Source: Candidatus Altimarinota bacterium
GTDB lineage: Bacteria; Patescibacteriota; Gracilibacteria; UBA4473
DNA length: 64,000 nt
Assembly: GCA_020631075.1 (NCBI GenBank)
Contig: JAHDHX010000007.1
Span: 3,192-67,191, forward strand
Direction of reading: 5' to 3'
Shown here: in pieces, positions 19,130 through 28,275 of the stretch
Position numbering within the stretch: the first letter of the stretch is position 1
Layout of the letters: the number at the start of each line of letters is the position of its first letter
Made by a program: the position numbers and the translations under genes
Notes under the pieces: generated by a model
The model's input: the letters and a program-made list of their open reading frames with translations, nothing else
What the model was told of the DNA's origin: nothing
The model's database searches: none

Positions 19130-19154
19130 GCAGATTTGCGTTGCAGATTTGCGT
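19130..19154. repeat. tandem 12-mer GCAGATTTGCGT x2 in the hisA-hisF intergenic gap
   Basis: GCAGATTTGCGT occurs at 19130-19141 and 19143-19154, separated by one T. It lies inside the 66-nt gap between the GNAT::hisA stop and the hisF start. Confidence 0.5.
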
Positions 19155-19167
19155 AATGGAGTACACC

Positions 19168-20400
19168 TCAAGCAGGAGGCGTGTAATAATTTTGAAGCTC
19201 CCTCAGTGGCAACCGCCCTTCATAGTACGCCTTGCCAAATATGACCCCCGCCAACCCAGCCGCCTGCGTCGCGCGGATGTCTCCCACGCTCGCCACCCCC
19301 CCAGAGGCGATCACCCGCAACTGCGAGAACTTTCCTTGCAGCGCGCGCAGACTAGGCAGGTTGGGCCCTTGCAGCATCCCGTCCGTGGCAATGTCGGTCG
19401 AGATCACCGTCCGCAACCCCCACGGCACAAACCGCTCTATCAGCTCGTCCACCATCACCCCCGAGTCAGACTCCCACCCGTGGGTGGCCACGCGGCCGTC
19501 TCGGGCATCGACGCCCAGCACCACTTGCGCTGGGCCCAGCTCCTGCAGGGCTTGCTCGACCACGGTGGGGTTTTGCACCGCCGCCGACCCATATATCACT
19601 CGGCTCACCCCCAAGGCCAGCGTCTCGCGCGCGTCCGCCAGCGTGCGGATCCCCCCCCCCAGCTCCACGGGCACCGTCGCGTGCTCGACTATCTGCTCTA
19701 TCACCGCCGTGTTCACCCGCTTGCCGGCCTTGGCCCCGTCCAAGTCCACCACGTGTATCCCCCCCGCAAAGGTACTTAACTCCGCCACCAGCGTCGGCAC
19801 CGCCGTGGTGTATGTCGACACTTGGGCGTAATCCCCCTGCCGCAGCCGCACCACGTCCCCCCCCAGCAGGTCTATCGCGGGCCACAGCGCAAACCGCTCA
19901 TACTCATACAAGTATTCATCCAGCATTTCACCGTTTTTTTCCACCGCGTTTGTCAGGCGCTTCACCTGCCGAAAGCCCGCCTTCGCTAGCGCCTTTTGTG
20001 ACGCAATGTTCCCCAAAAACGTTTGCGCCGTGATCTTCCGCAGCCCCATCCTCTGGGTGATGTACTGCGTCAGTCCTTTGATGAGCTCTGTCCCCAGCCC
20101 TTGCCGTTGGGCACTCTGGTGCACCCAGTACCCTATATCCGCCGACCCCGCCCCGTGGTCAACCTCCCGAATGCTCGCCCGCCCGATGATAACCCCCCCC
20201 CGCCGCACCGCGAAGCCGTAGGGCTTATGCGGGCGACGGTCATGCGCCGCGTACGTTTCGCCTATTTCAGACGGCGGGTCCCACAGCATATACTGCGTCA
20301 GCTCCCAGTTGTCTTTGATCAGAGGAAACACCTCCGCAATGTCCTCCCGCACGAAGGTCCGAAACGTCAGGTCGCCGTACGCAAAGGTAATGATCTTCAT
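19168..20400 (-). CDS. hisA: fusion protein: N-terminal GNAT (RimJ/RimL-like) acetyltransferase + HisA (ProFAR isomerase)
   Basis: Residues 1 to about 170 carry GNAT motif A (..VHQSAQRQGLGTELIKGL..). From ..LWPAIDLLGGDVVRLRQGDYAQ.. onward the sequence is canonical HisA. It is one uninterrupted 410-codon frame. The start overlaps the hisH stop (ATGA). Confidence 0.85.
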   Translation of the reverse strand: MKIITFAYGDLTFRTFVREDIAEVFPLIKDNWELTQYMLWDPPSEIGETYAAHDRRPHKPYGFAVRRGGVIIGRASIREVDHGAGSADIGYWVHQSAQRQGLGTELIKGLTQYITQRMGLRKITAQTFLGNIASQKALAKAGFRQVKRLTNAVEKNGEMLDEYLYEYERFALWPAIDLLGGDVVRLRQGDYAQVSTYTTAVPTLVAELSTFAGGIHVVDLDGAKAGKRVNTAVIEQIVEHATVPVELGGGIRTLADARETLALGVSRVIYGSAAVQNPTVVEQALQELGPAQVVLGVDARDGRVATHGWESDSGVMVDELIERFVPWGLRTVISTDIATDGMLQGPNLPSLRALQGKFSQLRVIASGGVASVGDIRATQAAGLAGVIFGKAYYEGRLPLRELQNYYTPPA

Positions 20401-20951
20401 GCTTGGAGGAATTGTGAAAGGAGTTCTGCCCCCACAGGCCCACTTTTTTCAGGGTGAAACTGCATCCCCCAGCGGTGGCCTGCCCGCACGATGGCACTAA
20501 AGGTCTGCCCGTTGTACGTCCCCGTGGCGACCGTGGCAGGCCCCACAGGGCAGCCATAGCTATGCACGAAGTACACCATCTCACCGGTGCTCAGCGTGTT
20601 CCACCCCATGTGGGGCACAGGCTGCGGCCCAGGGGGCAGCTCCGTCACCCGCCCAGGCAGCAAGCCCAGACACGGCGTGTCCCCCTCGGTCGAATGTTCA
20701 TACAGCAGCTGCATCCCGAGGCATATCCCCAGCAATGGCTGCTCACACTCCCGCACCCACTGGGTCAGGCCCCGCTCCGCCAGCCCCCGCATGGCACTGG
20801 CGGCCGCCCCCACCCCGGGCAAGATCACCCGCTCCGCCGCCCCCAGCACCGCTGGGTCCGCCGTCAGGGTGTGGGGTTCCCCCAGTCGCGTCAGCGCGTT
20901 GCTGACACTGCGGGTGTTGCCCGCGCCGTAATCAATGATGGCCGTTCTCAT
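20397..20951 (-). CDS. hisH: imidazole glycerol phosphate synthase, glutamine amidotransferase subunit
   Basis: AIIDYGAGNTRSV.., the catalytic Cys block GICLGMQLL and ..FHPEKS.. are present. Confidence 0.9.
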   Translation of the reverse strand: MRTAIIDYGAGNTRSVSNALTRLGEPHTLTADPAVLGAAERVILPGVGAAASAMRGLAERGLTQWVRECEQPLLGICLGMQLLYEHSTEGDTPCLGLLPGRVTELPPGPQPVPHMGWNTLSTGEMVYFVHSYGCPVGPATVATGTYNGQTFSAIVRAGHRWGMQFHPEKSGPVGAELLSQFLQA

Positions 20952-20973
20952 GTTTCTACCAGTGATAAATACT

Positions 20974-22221
20974 CTACAAATTTTCGATCAACCGATCGAT
21001 AGCGTCAGGCACGCTGCCCCTTGCCCCCAGTTCCACCGCCCGCCCCAGCCCCAGCAGCTGCACCGCAGGGCTATACTCCCCCCCGATCAGGTTTTTGACC
21101 AAAAACGGACAACAGAAAAGCCCCTTCCGTATCACTTCCCGCCAATCAGACGGCAGCATCCCCTCCGCCCGCAGGTGCGCGACCAGCGGCTGCCACACCT
21201 CCCGAAATTTCTGCTCCAGCACTCCCCAGCGCGCAGGGGCCACGTCCGTCAGGGTTTGGTTATGCGTGACTTCTATACGTTCATCCGTCAGCGTGTATGT
21301 CAGCTCCAGCGACAGCTCCGACGGCTCATACAACCACCACGGGTGGGCGAGGGTGTCGTGGAAGGTCGTCTTGATAAACGCCAGCAAGGGCGGGATTTCC
21401 GTCCCCGCAAAGGCAGGGTCAAAGAGGAGAAACTCCCCCTCAGGGGTCAAGAATTTATTACCGTTGTGCTCGTCCCCATGGGCCGTTATGGCTCCATACG
21501 GCGCGAGGTACGCAGGCGTAATGATCTCCTGCGCCCGCGTAATGATCTCCGTCAACGTTTCAGTGTACTCCACTCCGTTCACCACCCAGCGCTTGGCGGC
21601 CAGCTCCGCCCAGGTCAGCCGCTCACCACGGGGCAGGGTCACCGTCGCCCCGAGGTAATACTCCTGCAGTCGGCACCCTTCCCCGTGCAGTCGGTGGGTG
21701 AAGAGCTGCCACAGCCCCTCGTCGCGCATGACGGTGGGGTCAGCGGGGTGCAGGGTGGCCTTGGCCATAGCGACACACTCCGCGTTGAGGTTCGACTCCG
21801 CTCGGTTGAGCGTCGGCAATATCCGCACATTCCCTTGGTCGACCGTGCGCCAGACGTCATACGCCGTCGGCCAGTCCACTCGGGGGTAGACCAGCACCTG
21901 CTGCCCGGGCACACTCGACTGCGCCAAGGGTTCGAGCACCCGCAGCCCCGCCCGCTGCAGCACCCCCGCACGGTAATACTCCGAAACCGACTCCGTCTCT
22001 CCGTCCTCCGCGTGAAACTTAAAAAACAGCCCCTCCCCTTGGTCAGTCTCCAGCACCCCATTGACGGAGTTCAAACTCACCGCACTCTCATTGACCCGCA
22101 TGGCCACTATCCCCAGCCGCGGAAAGAGTTTTTGCAAAAACGGCAACAGCCGCGCCCGTTGCTCCGCTGGGGGCAGCCCCACCACCGCCGCCAGGTCTAT
22201 CCCTCGGTCGTCACTCATCAT
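20974..22221 (-). CDS. kinase-fold (APH/choline-kinase-like phosphotransferase) protein embedded in the his operon
   Basis: HGDEHNGNKF ... LFDPAF resembles the HxDxxxxN catalytic loop plus the metal-binding D of the APH/ChoK-like fold. The rest of the 415-aa protein was not recognised. Its stop overlaps... its start overlaps the upstream IMPase gene stop (22218-22221). Confidence 0.5.
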   Translation of the reverse strand: MMSDDRGIDLAAVVGLPPAEQRARLLPFLQKLFPRLGIVAMRVNESAVSLNSVNGVLETDQGEGLFFKFHAEDGETESVSEYYRAGVLQRAGLRVLEPLAQSSVPGQQVLVYPRVDWPTAYDVWRTVDQGNVRILPTLNRAESNLNAECVAMAKATLHPADPTVMRDEGLWQLFTHRLHGEGCRLQEYYLGATVTLPRGERLTWAELAAKRWVVNGVEYTETLTEIITRAQEIITPAYLAPYGAITAHGDEHNGNKFLTPEGEFLLFDPAFAGTEIPPLLAFIKTTFHDTLAHPWWLYEPSELSLELTYTLTDERIEVTHNQTLTDVAPARWGVLEQKFREVWQPLVAHLRAEGMLPSDWREVIRKGLFCCPFLVKNLIGGEYSPAVQLLGLGRAVELGARGSVPDAIDRLIENL

Positions 22222-23096
22222 TGGTCTTTTGTGTCAAAATACCCCCGAAAATCCGCCGCCACCCGCTCCAAGCGGTGCTCAGGCCGCAGCTGCCCCCGCC
22301 CGACTTTCACCAGCGCCTCAGCGTCCGCCACCGTGGCGGCCACCACCACCAGCATCACGTCCCTCCCCGCAAACCCCAGCCGCACCACCCAGCCTTGGGC
22401 CGTCAGCGCCCCCAGATACACCAGATCATACAGCGGATACGTCCGCTTCCCTTCCCCCGAAGCCACCCACAGCAACGCGTCCGCCCGCCCATACGTCAGG
22501 GCCGCGCCCTCACACACCGCCGCTGGCACCACCACCGTGGTCACAGGGCGCTGGGTCAGCGCGCGCACGGCCGCCACAGCCGCGGGTTCCCCCCCCGCCC
22601 CATAGTCACAATAAAGCAACTGCACGGTCTCTCGCTCCGCCAACGGCGTGGCCGCGGGCCGCGGGGCAGGCCCCCAGTTGGTGTACATTTCCCCCCCCGC
22701 CGTCACGTTCCAGCTCGCCCGCCAGCTGCCGTCACGGTTCAGCCCCCCGACCATCGTGCCCCACTGGTCTTCCCCCCGCGCGAAGGCCGACGTACCGTCG
22801 ATCGGGTCCACCAGCAGGTACCAGTCTGGGTCAGCAGGCTGCTCAGCCCACTCGGGCCCCAGCTCTTCTTCTGCCCATATCGCGTACTGCCCCGCCGCGC
22901 CGCTCGCCGCCCAGTGCTGCAAGATCATCTGCTGCAGGGCAGTGTCTGCCGCCGTCACCAGCTCGGTCGCATCCTTGTGCTGGGCGGTCAAGGTACCCGC
23001 CTGCAGGGCAGTCTGCACTTGCCGTGCGTGGGCCAGCCACGTTTCAGCGGGCAGGGTGCGCCACGTCTCAGCGTCAGGGTAGGGGAGTGAGGTCAT
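22218..23096 (-). CDS. hisN: inositol-monophosphatase-family protein, probable histidinol-phosphate phosphatase (HisN type)
   Basis: IMPase motifs are present: WAEEELG and LLVDPIDGTSAF. Its location between hisD and hisH supports a HisN role by context, as in Actinobacteria. Confidence 0.65.
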   Translation of the reverse strand: MTSLPYPDAETWRTLPAETWLAHARQVQTALQAGTLTAQHKDATELVTAADTALQQMILQHWAASGAAGQYAIWAEEELGPEWAEQPADPDWYLLVDPIDGTSAFARGEDQWGTMVGGLNRDGSWRASWNVTAGGEMYTNWGPAPRPAATPLAERETVQLLYCDYGAGGEPAAVAAVRALTQRPVTTVVVPAAVCEGAALTYGRADALLWVASGEGKRTYPLYDLVYLGALTAQGWVVRLGFAGRDVMLVVVAATVADAEALVKVGRGQLRPEHRLERVAADFRGYFDTKDQ

Positions 23097-23132
23097 GTGT
23101 ATTTACTTTTTAGCAGCACGAAGTGTTGAGCG

Positions 23133-24437
23133 TTAATCCCGCAACCGAATATCCACCGCCTCTTTGTGCGCGTCGAGCCCCTCCACGTCACTGATCGTTC
23201 GGACAATGGGCGCCAGCGCCGCCAGTCCTTCTTTCGTCAGCACCTGAAACTCATTGTTTTTGATGAAAGTCTCAGGCCCCACAGGCGAGCTAAATTTCAC
23301 CGCGCGGCTCGTCGGCAGGCTGTGGTTGGTGCCACTGGCATAGTCACCCACTGGCACAGGGGCATACGGCCCGACGAAAATCGACCCCGCATTACGGATT
23401 CGCCCCGCTACCGCTTCGGCGTCCGCAACCTGGATGTGCAAGTGTTCCGTCGCGTAATCATTAGCAAAGTCCACCATCTCGTCGACCGACTCCACAATGA
23501 TGATCCCTTGGTACCCATTCTCGAGCGCTGGTTTGATGTACTGCCCATAGCGGGCACGCGCAGGGGCTTGGCGTGCGACCTCTTCATTGATCGCCTCCGC
23601 CAGCTCGCGTGACGTCACCACCACGGGGAAGCACGAATCAGGCCCGTGCTCACACCGCGCTAAGATATCCGCCGCCACCCACGCAGGGTTGGCCGTCTCG
23701 TCCGCCAGCCCCAGCCCCTCTGACGGCCCCGCGATCATGTCTATCCCCACCTGGCCAAAGACCTGCATCTTGGCCGCCTGCACCCACGGGCTCCCTGGGC
23801 CAGAGATTTTCTCAACGGGTTCTATGCTCTCCGTTCCGTACGCCAGCGCCGCGATCGCCGCCACCCCCCCCACACGATAAATCTCATCCGCCCCCGCTAT
23901 GTCCGCCGCCGTAATGATCTCAGGGTAATAATTCGTCGGCGGGAAGCACACCACTATCCGCGGCACCCGCGCCGCCTTGGCCGCCACGGTAAGGATCTGT
24001 GACACCGTGGGCAGTGGCGCCTTCCCCGCGGGCACATACAGCCCAGCACTGTCCATCGGGTTCTTTTTCACCCCAGTGCGCACCCCGGGCACATATTCTA
24101 CTTCCCACGTCCCCTCAGCATAGATCTTCTCAGCGTGTGTCTGGTGAAAGTTCTGCGAGATCTCTATCTGTCGCCGCTGGGTGGCCAGCACCTCTGGGTC
24201 AACGTCTTTATACGCCTGCTTGATCTCCGCAGGCGTCACCCGCAGTTGCTCCACGGTGAAGTTCGGATCATCAAACTTCCGAATATAATCAACGATCGCC
24301 GCGTCCCCCCGCGCACGGATGTCTTCGATTATCCGCTTCACGTCAGGCGCGATCGCGTCTATGTCCGCCTGCGACCGCCGAAACAGCTTCGCCCGCAGCG
24401 CCCCCATCAGTTCCGCATTGGTGTAAATAGGTATCAT
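23133..24437 (-). CDS. hisD: histidinol dehydrogenase
   Basis: 434 aa with ..IAGPSEGLGLADE.. and conserved C-terminal blocks (..GDYASGTNHSLPT..). Confidence 0.9.
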   Translation of the reverse strand: MIPIYTNAELMGALRAKLFRRSQADIDAIAPDVKRIIEDIRARGDAAIVDYIRKFDDPNFTVEQLRVTPAEIKQAYKDVDPEVLATQRRQIEISQNFHQTHAEKIYAEGTWEVEYVPGVRTGVKKNPMDSAGLYVPAGKAPLPTVSQILTVAAKAARVPRIVVCFPPTNYYPEIITAADIAGADEIYRVGGVAAIAALAYGTESIEPVEKISGPGSPWVQAAKMQVFGQVGIDMIAGPSEGLGLADETANPAWVAADILARCEHGPDSCFPVVVTSRELAEAINEEVARQAPARARYGQYIKPALENGYQGIIIVESVDEMVDFANDYATEHLHIQVADAEAVAGRIRNAGSIFVGPYAPVPVGDYASGTNHSLPTSRAVKFSSPVGPETFIKNNEFQVLTKEGLAALAPIVRTISDVEGLDAHKEAVDIRLRD

Positions 24438-24503
24438 GTCAGTTGAGGAGTGAAAAGAATTTAAGAAGAAATAAAGTGCAAACTAAAATGGAAAGTGAGT
24501 GTT

Positions 24504-25598
24504 TTACGAGCCGCCATGCCCCTGCGCAGCCAGCTCCGCCCGCAGCGCCCCCATCACCGTTGGCAGGTCGTCGGGGTGGGGCACCGCCGACAGGCACAGG
24601 TGCGGGTCACGCTGGGCAAATATCCCCATCGGCTTGAGAGCCACCCCCCGCCGCAGCAGCCCCCGCCGATACTCCTCCGCCAGCATCGGCACCCGAAACA
24701 GACAAAAACTCGTCAGCGTCGGCCGCACCTGCACATCAGGCAGGGCCGTCAGCGCCGTCACATATTCCTCTTTCGCTTGTTGATACTCTCGCACAAACGC
24801 TGCCGCCTCTTGCGGGTGGCGCAGCACAGCTTCGGCTGCGGCCAGCGCCACTTGGTTCACCGCAAAAACCTGACTACTCCCCTCCACCTTTTGCAGCAGG
24901 GCAATCATGGCTTCGTCCCCATACACCAGCCCCACCCGCAGCCCCGCCAGCCCATACCCCTTACTAAACCCACGGAAGACCACCAGATTGGGGTACTTCC
25001 CTTCCGCCACCAGTGGCAGCACCGTTTCCCCCCCCAGCTCGAAATACGTCTCGTCCACCACCCACATTGTCCGCGGGTGCTCGGCCACCCACTGGGCGAT
25101 TTCAGTCGGGGTGACCAGCTGGTTGCCGGTCGGGTTGTTGGGCTGGGCCAGCCACACGACTTTGGGTTGGTCGGCCAGGGCCGCGGCCCAGTCAGCGCGG
25201 GGCAGGGCCCAGTTTTCGTCCAGCGCGACGGTCCGCACCGTCGCCCCCAGCAGGTGCGTCGCCGCCGCGTAGCACGGAAAAGTCGGCCCAGGCACCAGCA
25301 CCGTGTCCCCCTCTTCGAGGTACGTCTTGGCCACCAGCTCTATCAGTCCATCCACCCCGTTCCCCACATACACTTGGCCATAGGTCACTCCGTCACGCGC
25401 CGCCACCAGTCGCCGCAGGGCGGATTTTTGCGCGTCAGGGTAACGGTTCATTTTCCCCAGTGCAGCCGTCGCCGCCACGCGCGCAGGGCCAAACACATAA
25501 GGATTCTCACCAAATTGCAACCGCACCACCCCCTCGGGGTACTCCCCCCAGCTGAGGGTGGGCATATTCCGTACCGCTGACCGCGCCAGTGACTCCAT
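24504..25598 (-). CDS. hisC: histidinol-phosphate aminotransferase
   Basis: Class II aminotransferase with PLP-lysine block FRGFSKGYGLAGLRVG and NPNNPTGN. Confidence 0.85.
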   Translation of the reverse strand: MESLARSAVRNMPTLSWGEYPEGVVRLQFGENPYVFGPARVAATAALGKMNRYPDAQKSALRRLVAARDGVTYGQVYVGNGVDGLIELVAKTYLEEGDTVLVPGPTFPCYAAATHLLGATVRTVALDENWALPRADWAAALADQPKVVWLAQPNNPTGNQLVTPTEIAQWVAEHPRTMWVVDETYFELGGETVLPLVAEGKYPNLVVFRGFSKGYGLAGLRVGLVYGDEAMIALLQKVEGSSQVFAVNQVALAAAEAVLRHPQEAAAFVREYQQAKEEYVTALTALPDVQVRPTLTSFCLFRVPMLAEEYRRGLLRRGVALKPMGIFAQRDPHLCLSAVPHPDDLPTVMGALRAELAAQGHGGS

Positions 25599-25632
25599 TG
25601 TGCACTTTTTTTACTCAATTATAATTTTCCCC

Positions 25633-26481
25633 TCACTCGACTATCTGCTCTATCGGCAACACAAGGATCCCCTCCGCCCCCGCCGCCTTCAGCGCCTTGA
25701 TCGTCTCCCAAAACTTCTCCGTCCGCACCACCGTGGCGAGGCTCACCCACCCGGGGTTGGCCAGCGCACTGATGGTCGGGTTTTTCAGCCCTGGCAACAG
25801 CTGCTTGATGTCCTCCACCGCGTCCTCGGGCGCATTCATGACGATGTACTTGTTTTGCTTCGCCGCCAGCGTCGACCGCACCCGCAGCAGCAGCTCCCCC
25901 AGCACGGGGCAGTCCCGCTCCGTCAGGCCGTTTTTGGCCACCAGCACCGCTTGGCTCTCCAGCACCGTTTCCAGTTCCACCAGCCCATTCTGCGTCAGGG
26001 TCGACCCCGTACTGACCAAGTCACAGATCGCGTCCGCCATCTGCAGGCTCGGGGCGATTTCTACACTCCCCGACAGCTCCACCACCGTGGCAGTTTTGCC
26101 CACTCGGTTCAGGTACCCCCGCAAGATGTTCGGGAAGCTCGTCGCGATCTTCTTGCCCTCTATTTCCAGTGGCCCAGGCGCCGCCAGACACAGCCGACAC
26201 CGCCCAAACCCTAGCCGCTCCAGCGTCGTCAGCTCGTCTGACGCTTGTTCCAGCAGCGCGTCTTCCCCGCATATCCCCAGGTCAGCCACCCCCTGCGCCA
26301 CCGCCCGCGGGATGTCCTTAGACCGTAAAAATATCAACTCCAACGGAAAGTTCCGACACGGCGCCTTCAGCGCGCGGTTGGCCGAAACAAACCGCAACCC
26401 CGCCCGCCGTAAAAATTCTAACCCCGCGTCCGCCAATCGCCCCGATTTCTGTACCGCCAGCGTCAGTGTCTTGTTGGTCAT
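25633..26481 (-). CDS. hisG: ATP phosphoribosyltransferase (long form)
   Basis: LTLAVQKSGRLADAGLEFL.., ..DLVSTGSTL.. and a C-terminal regulatory domain are present. Length 282 aa. Confidence 0.9.
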   Translation of the reverse strand: MTNKTLTLAVQKSGRLADAGLEFLRRAGLRFVSANRALKAPCRNFPLELIFLRSKDIPRAVAQGVADLGICGEDALLEQASDELTTLERLGFGRCRLCLAAPGPLEIEGKKIATSFPNILRGYLNRVGKTATVVELSGSVEIAPSLQMADAICDLVSTGSTLTQNGLVELETVLESQAVLVAKNGLTERDCPVLGELLLRVRSTLAAKQNKYIVMNAPEDAVEDIKQLLPGLKNPTISALANPGWVSLATVVRTEKFWETIKALKAAGAEGILVLPIEQIVE

Positions 26482-26559
26482 CTTGTCCTATTTTTTGAAG
26501 AGTTACCTATCCGCCCCCCTTCCTACCCCCTTGTCTTGTCCCCTCTATCCCCATTTTTT

Positions 26560-26874
26560 TCAGCCATTTTTCTGCGCTTCGTCACCCCCATAGCACCGCA
26601 TATGCAGCTTCGCATACCCCCCCGCCCCATGCTGCAGCCAGTGGGCCACGCGGGTCACCGTCGCGGTTGAAGCCCCCACCTCCATGGCTATCTGCCGATA
26701 CGCCAGCCCCGCTTTCAGCTTACGGACGATCTGCCAGCGTTCCGTCATGGCCCGCAGCTCGCTCAGCGTGCACAAGTCCCGAAAAAACTCCTCACACTCC
26801 GCCAGATCTTCCAGCTGGAGGATCACCCCAAACAGGTCGTCACTTGCAGTCCCAAAGGAAAAATCTTTTATCAT
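26560..26874 (-). CDS. TrpR/YerC/YecD-family DNA-binding protein heading the his operon
   Basis: ..LCTLSELRAMTERWQIVRKLKAGLAYRQIAMEVGASTATVTRVAHWLQHG.. is the TrpR-like HTH pattern. The gene is 78 nt upstream of hisG on the same strand. Confidence 0.7.
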   Translation of the reverse strand: MIKDFSFGTASDDLFGVILQLEDLAECEEFFRDLCTLSELRAMTERWQIVRKLKAGLAYRQIAMEVGASTATVTRVAHWLQHGAGGYAKLHMRCYGGDEAQKNG

Positions 26875-26878
26875 CCCA

Positions 26879-26894
26879 AGCGTTTTAACACGCT
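26879..26894. promoter_or_regulatory. 16-bp near-palindrome AGCGTTTTAACACGCT abutting the TrpR-like gene start
   Basis: The half-sites AGCGTTTT / AACACGCT are complementary at 7 of 8 positions. The site lies 5 nt upstream of the ATG at 26874. It could be an operator or a translation-masking hairpin. Confidence 0.3.
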
Positions 26895-27823
26895 AAAACA
26901 AAAAAGCCAAATTATTTCCCCCTTTTTTCAAAAACCTCCCGACATCCCACTCCCTTTTCCCCATTAATCAGCCACGAAAAAACACCAGCAAATGCGAAGC
27001 CAGCGAGCCTTCCGACTAGCAGGAGGACAAACCACTACGACAGCATTCAAGAGTGACTGTCTGTCTGCTGCAGGTCTCTGATTTCATCGAGGAGCAGGGT
27101 GGAAGTCATCAAATGAACCAAGAAGAGGAGCGGTGAGAGAGCCAGTCGGGAACGGTGATCGACCCACGAACAGCTTACCCAGAAACGAAAGAGCCCAAGC
27201 GAATGCGTAAGGTTGCGTAGATGGAGCGAAGCGGGATCAAGCCCACTGAAGCATTCAAGAGTGTCTGTCTACTGCAGACATCCGAGCGAGTCGCTCCGCC
27301 TGTGATAATGTAAGTCTTGCGAGGAAAGAGGAGCGGTGAGCGGAGCAGTAGTGAGCGACAGCGACCCACGCGCAGCTCACCCAGCGACGAGTGAGCCCCC
27401 AAAGTGTCCCAGCATGGTTCGCTGCGCGAGTCCACCAAAGATAACAGCGAATGCGTCGCCAGCGTGCCGTCCGACCAACGGGAGGACAAACCGCGGCGAT
27501 AGCATTCAAGATGCCTGTCTGTCTGCTGCAGCCCTCCGAGGTGATCGCGTCACATGGCTCATGGCATAGCGGTCGCGGAGGAAAGAGGAGCGATGAGCGA
27601 CCTACGGCGAAATCACCCAGCGACGAAGCATCAGGGAGTTATAATGATGATCTGCACACAAGTTGAGGAAGTATTGAAGCGAATGCGTCGCCAGCGTGCC
27701 GTCCGACCAACGGGAGGACAAACCGCGGCGATAGCATTCAAGATGCCTGTCTGTCTGCTGCAGCCCTCCGAGGTGATCGCGTCACATGGCTCACTCCCTA
27801 GCGATCGCCGAGGAAAGGTGAGT

Positions 27824-27883
27824 GATGAGGGAGTAGCGCGCATTTGGGGCGACTAAGCCCCAAAAAGCCGCAGCGGACTCATC
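27824..27883 (+). repeat. Z3-type nested hairpin, copy A
   Basis: The outer stem is GATGAG (27824-29) / CTCATC (27878-83). The inner stem is TTTGGGGC (27843-50) / GCCCCAAA (27857-64). Confidence 0.7.
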
Positions 27884-28253
27884 CAACGAACCACGGTTCG
27901 CTGAACCATAGATTTTTTGGTGGACTTTTTGGCCCCCTGCTTCAGGGCAATTTTCGAGTCAAATTATAACAAATTTGAAATAAAAAGCCCAAGCGAAAGC
28001 GAAAGGGCGCGCGCACTTCCCCCAGCGACGAAGCGACAATTGCCTGATTTATCAATCATAATAGCAAGAGAAGCGGGGGTCTGGGGGGGCCACCGATGTC
28101 TGAGCCAAGAGTGAGCAGTCGAAGCACCAGTGTGATATTGGCACCAGTTCATTATATCCAATCAATGATGATGGAGGTGTCTCTCTAGCGAACGGTCGGG
28201 TCATGCCCAGTGCCATCAACGTGTCGGCGAGTTTGGCCCCCCCAGCAGTTTTG

Positions 28254-28275
28254 GTACTTTTGCTGCCAAAAGTAC
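28254..28275 (+). repeat. H-module hairpin GTACTTTTG-CTGC-CAAAAGTAC
   Basis: It has a perfect 9-bp stem and a 4-nt loop. The same hairpin with a CTGT loop occurs at 52202-52223 and 63123-63144. Each copy is preceded by CCCAGCGACGACCCCCCAG and followed by AAACACTG..AATGAACCA. Confidence 0.8.

Noticed and set aside
27800-27810. HIP1-like octamer GCGATCGC (a cyanobacterial hallmark) in the Y2 modules
   Set aside because: It occurs only as the stem of the repeat hairpin and is not dispersed through genes. The gene content does not suggest a cyanobacterium.
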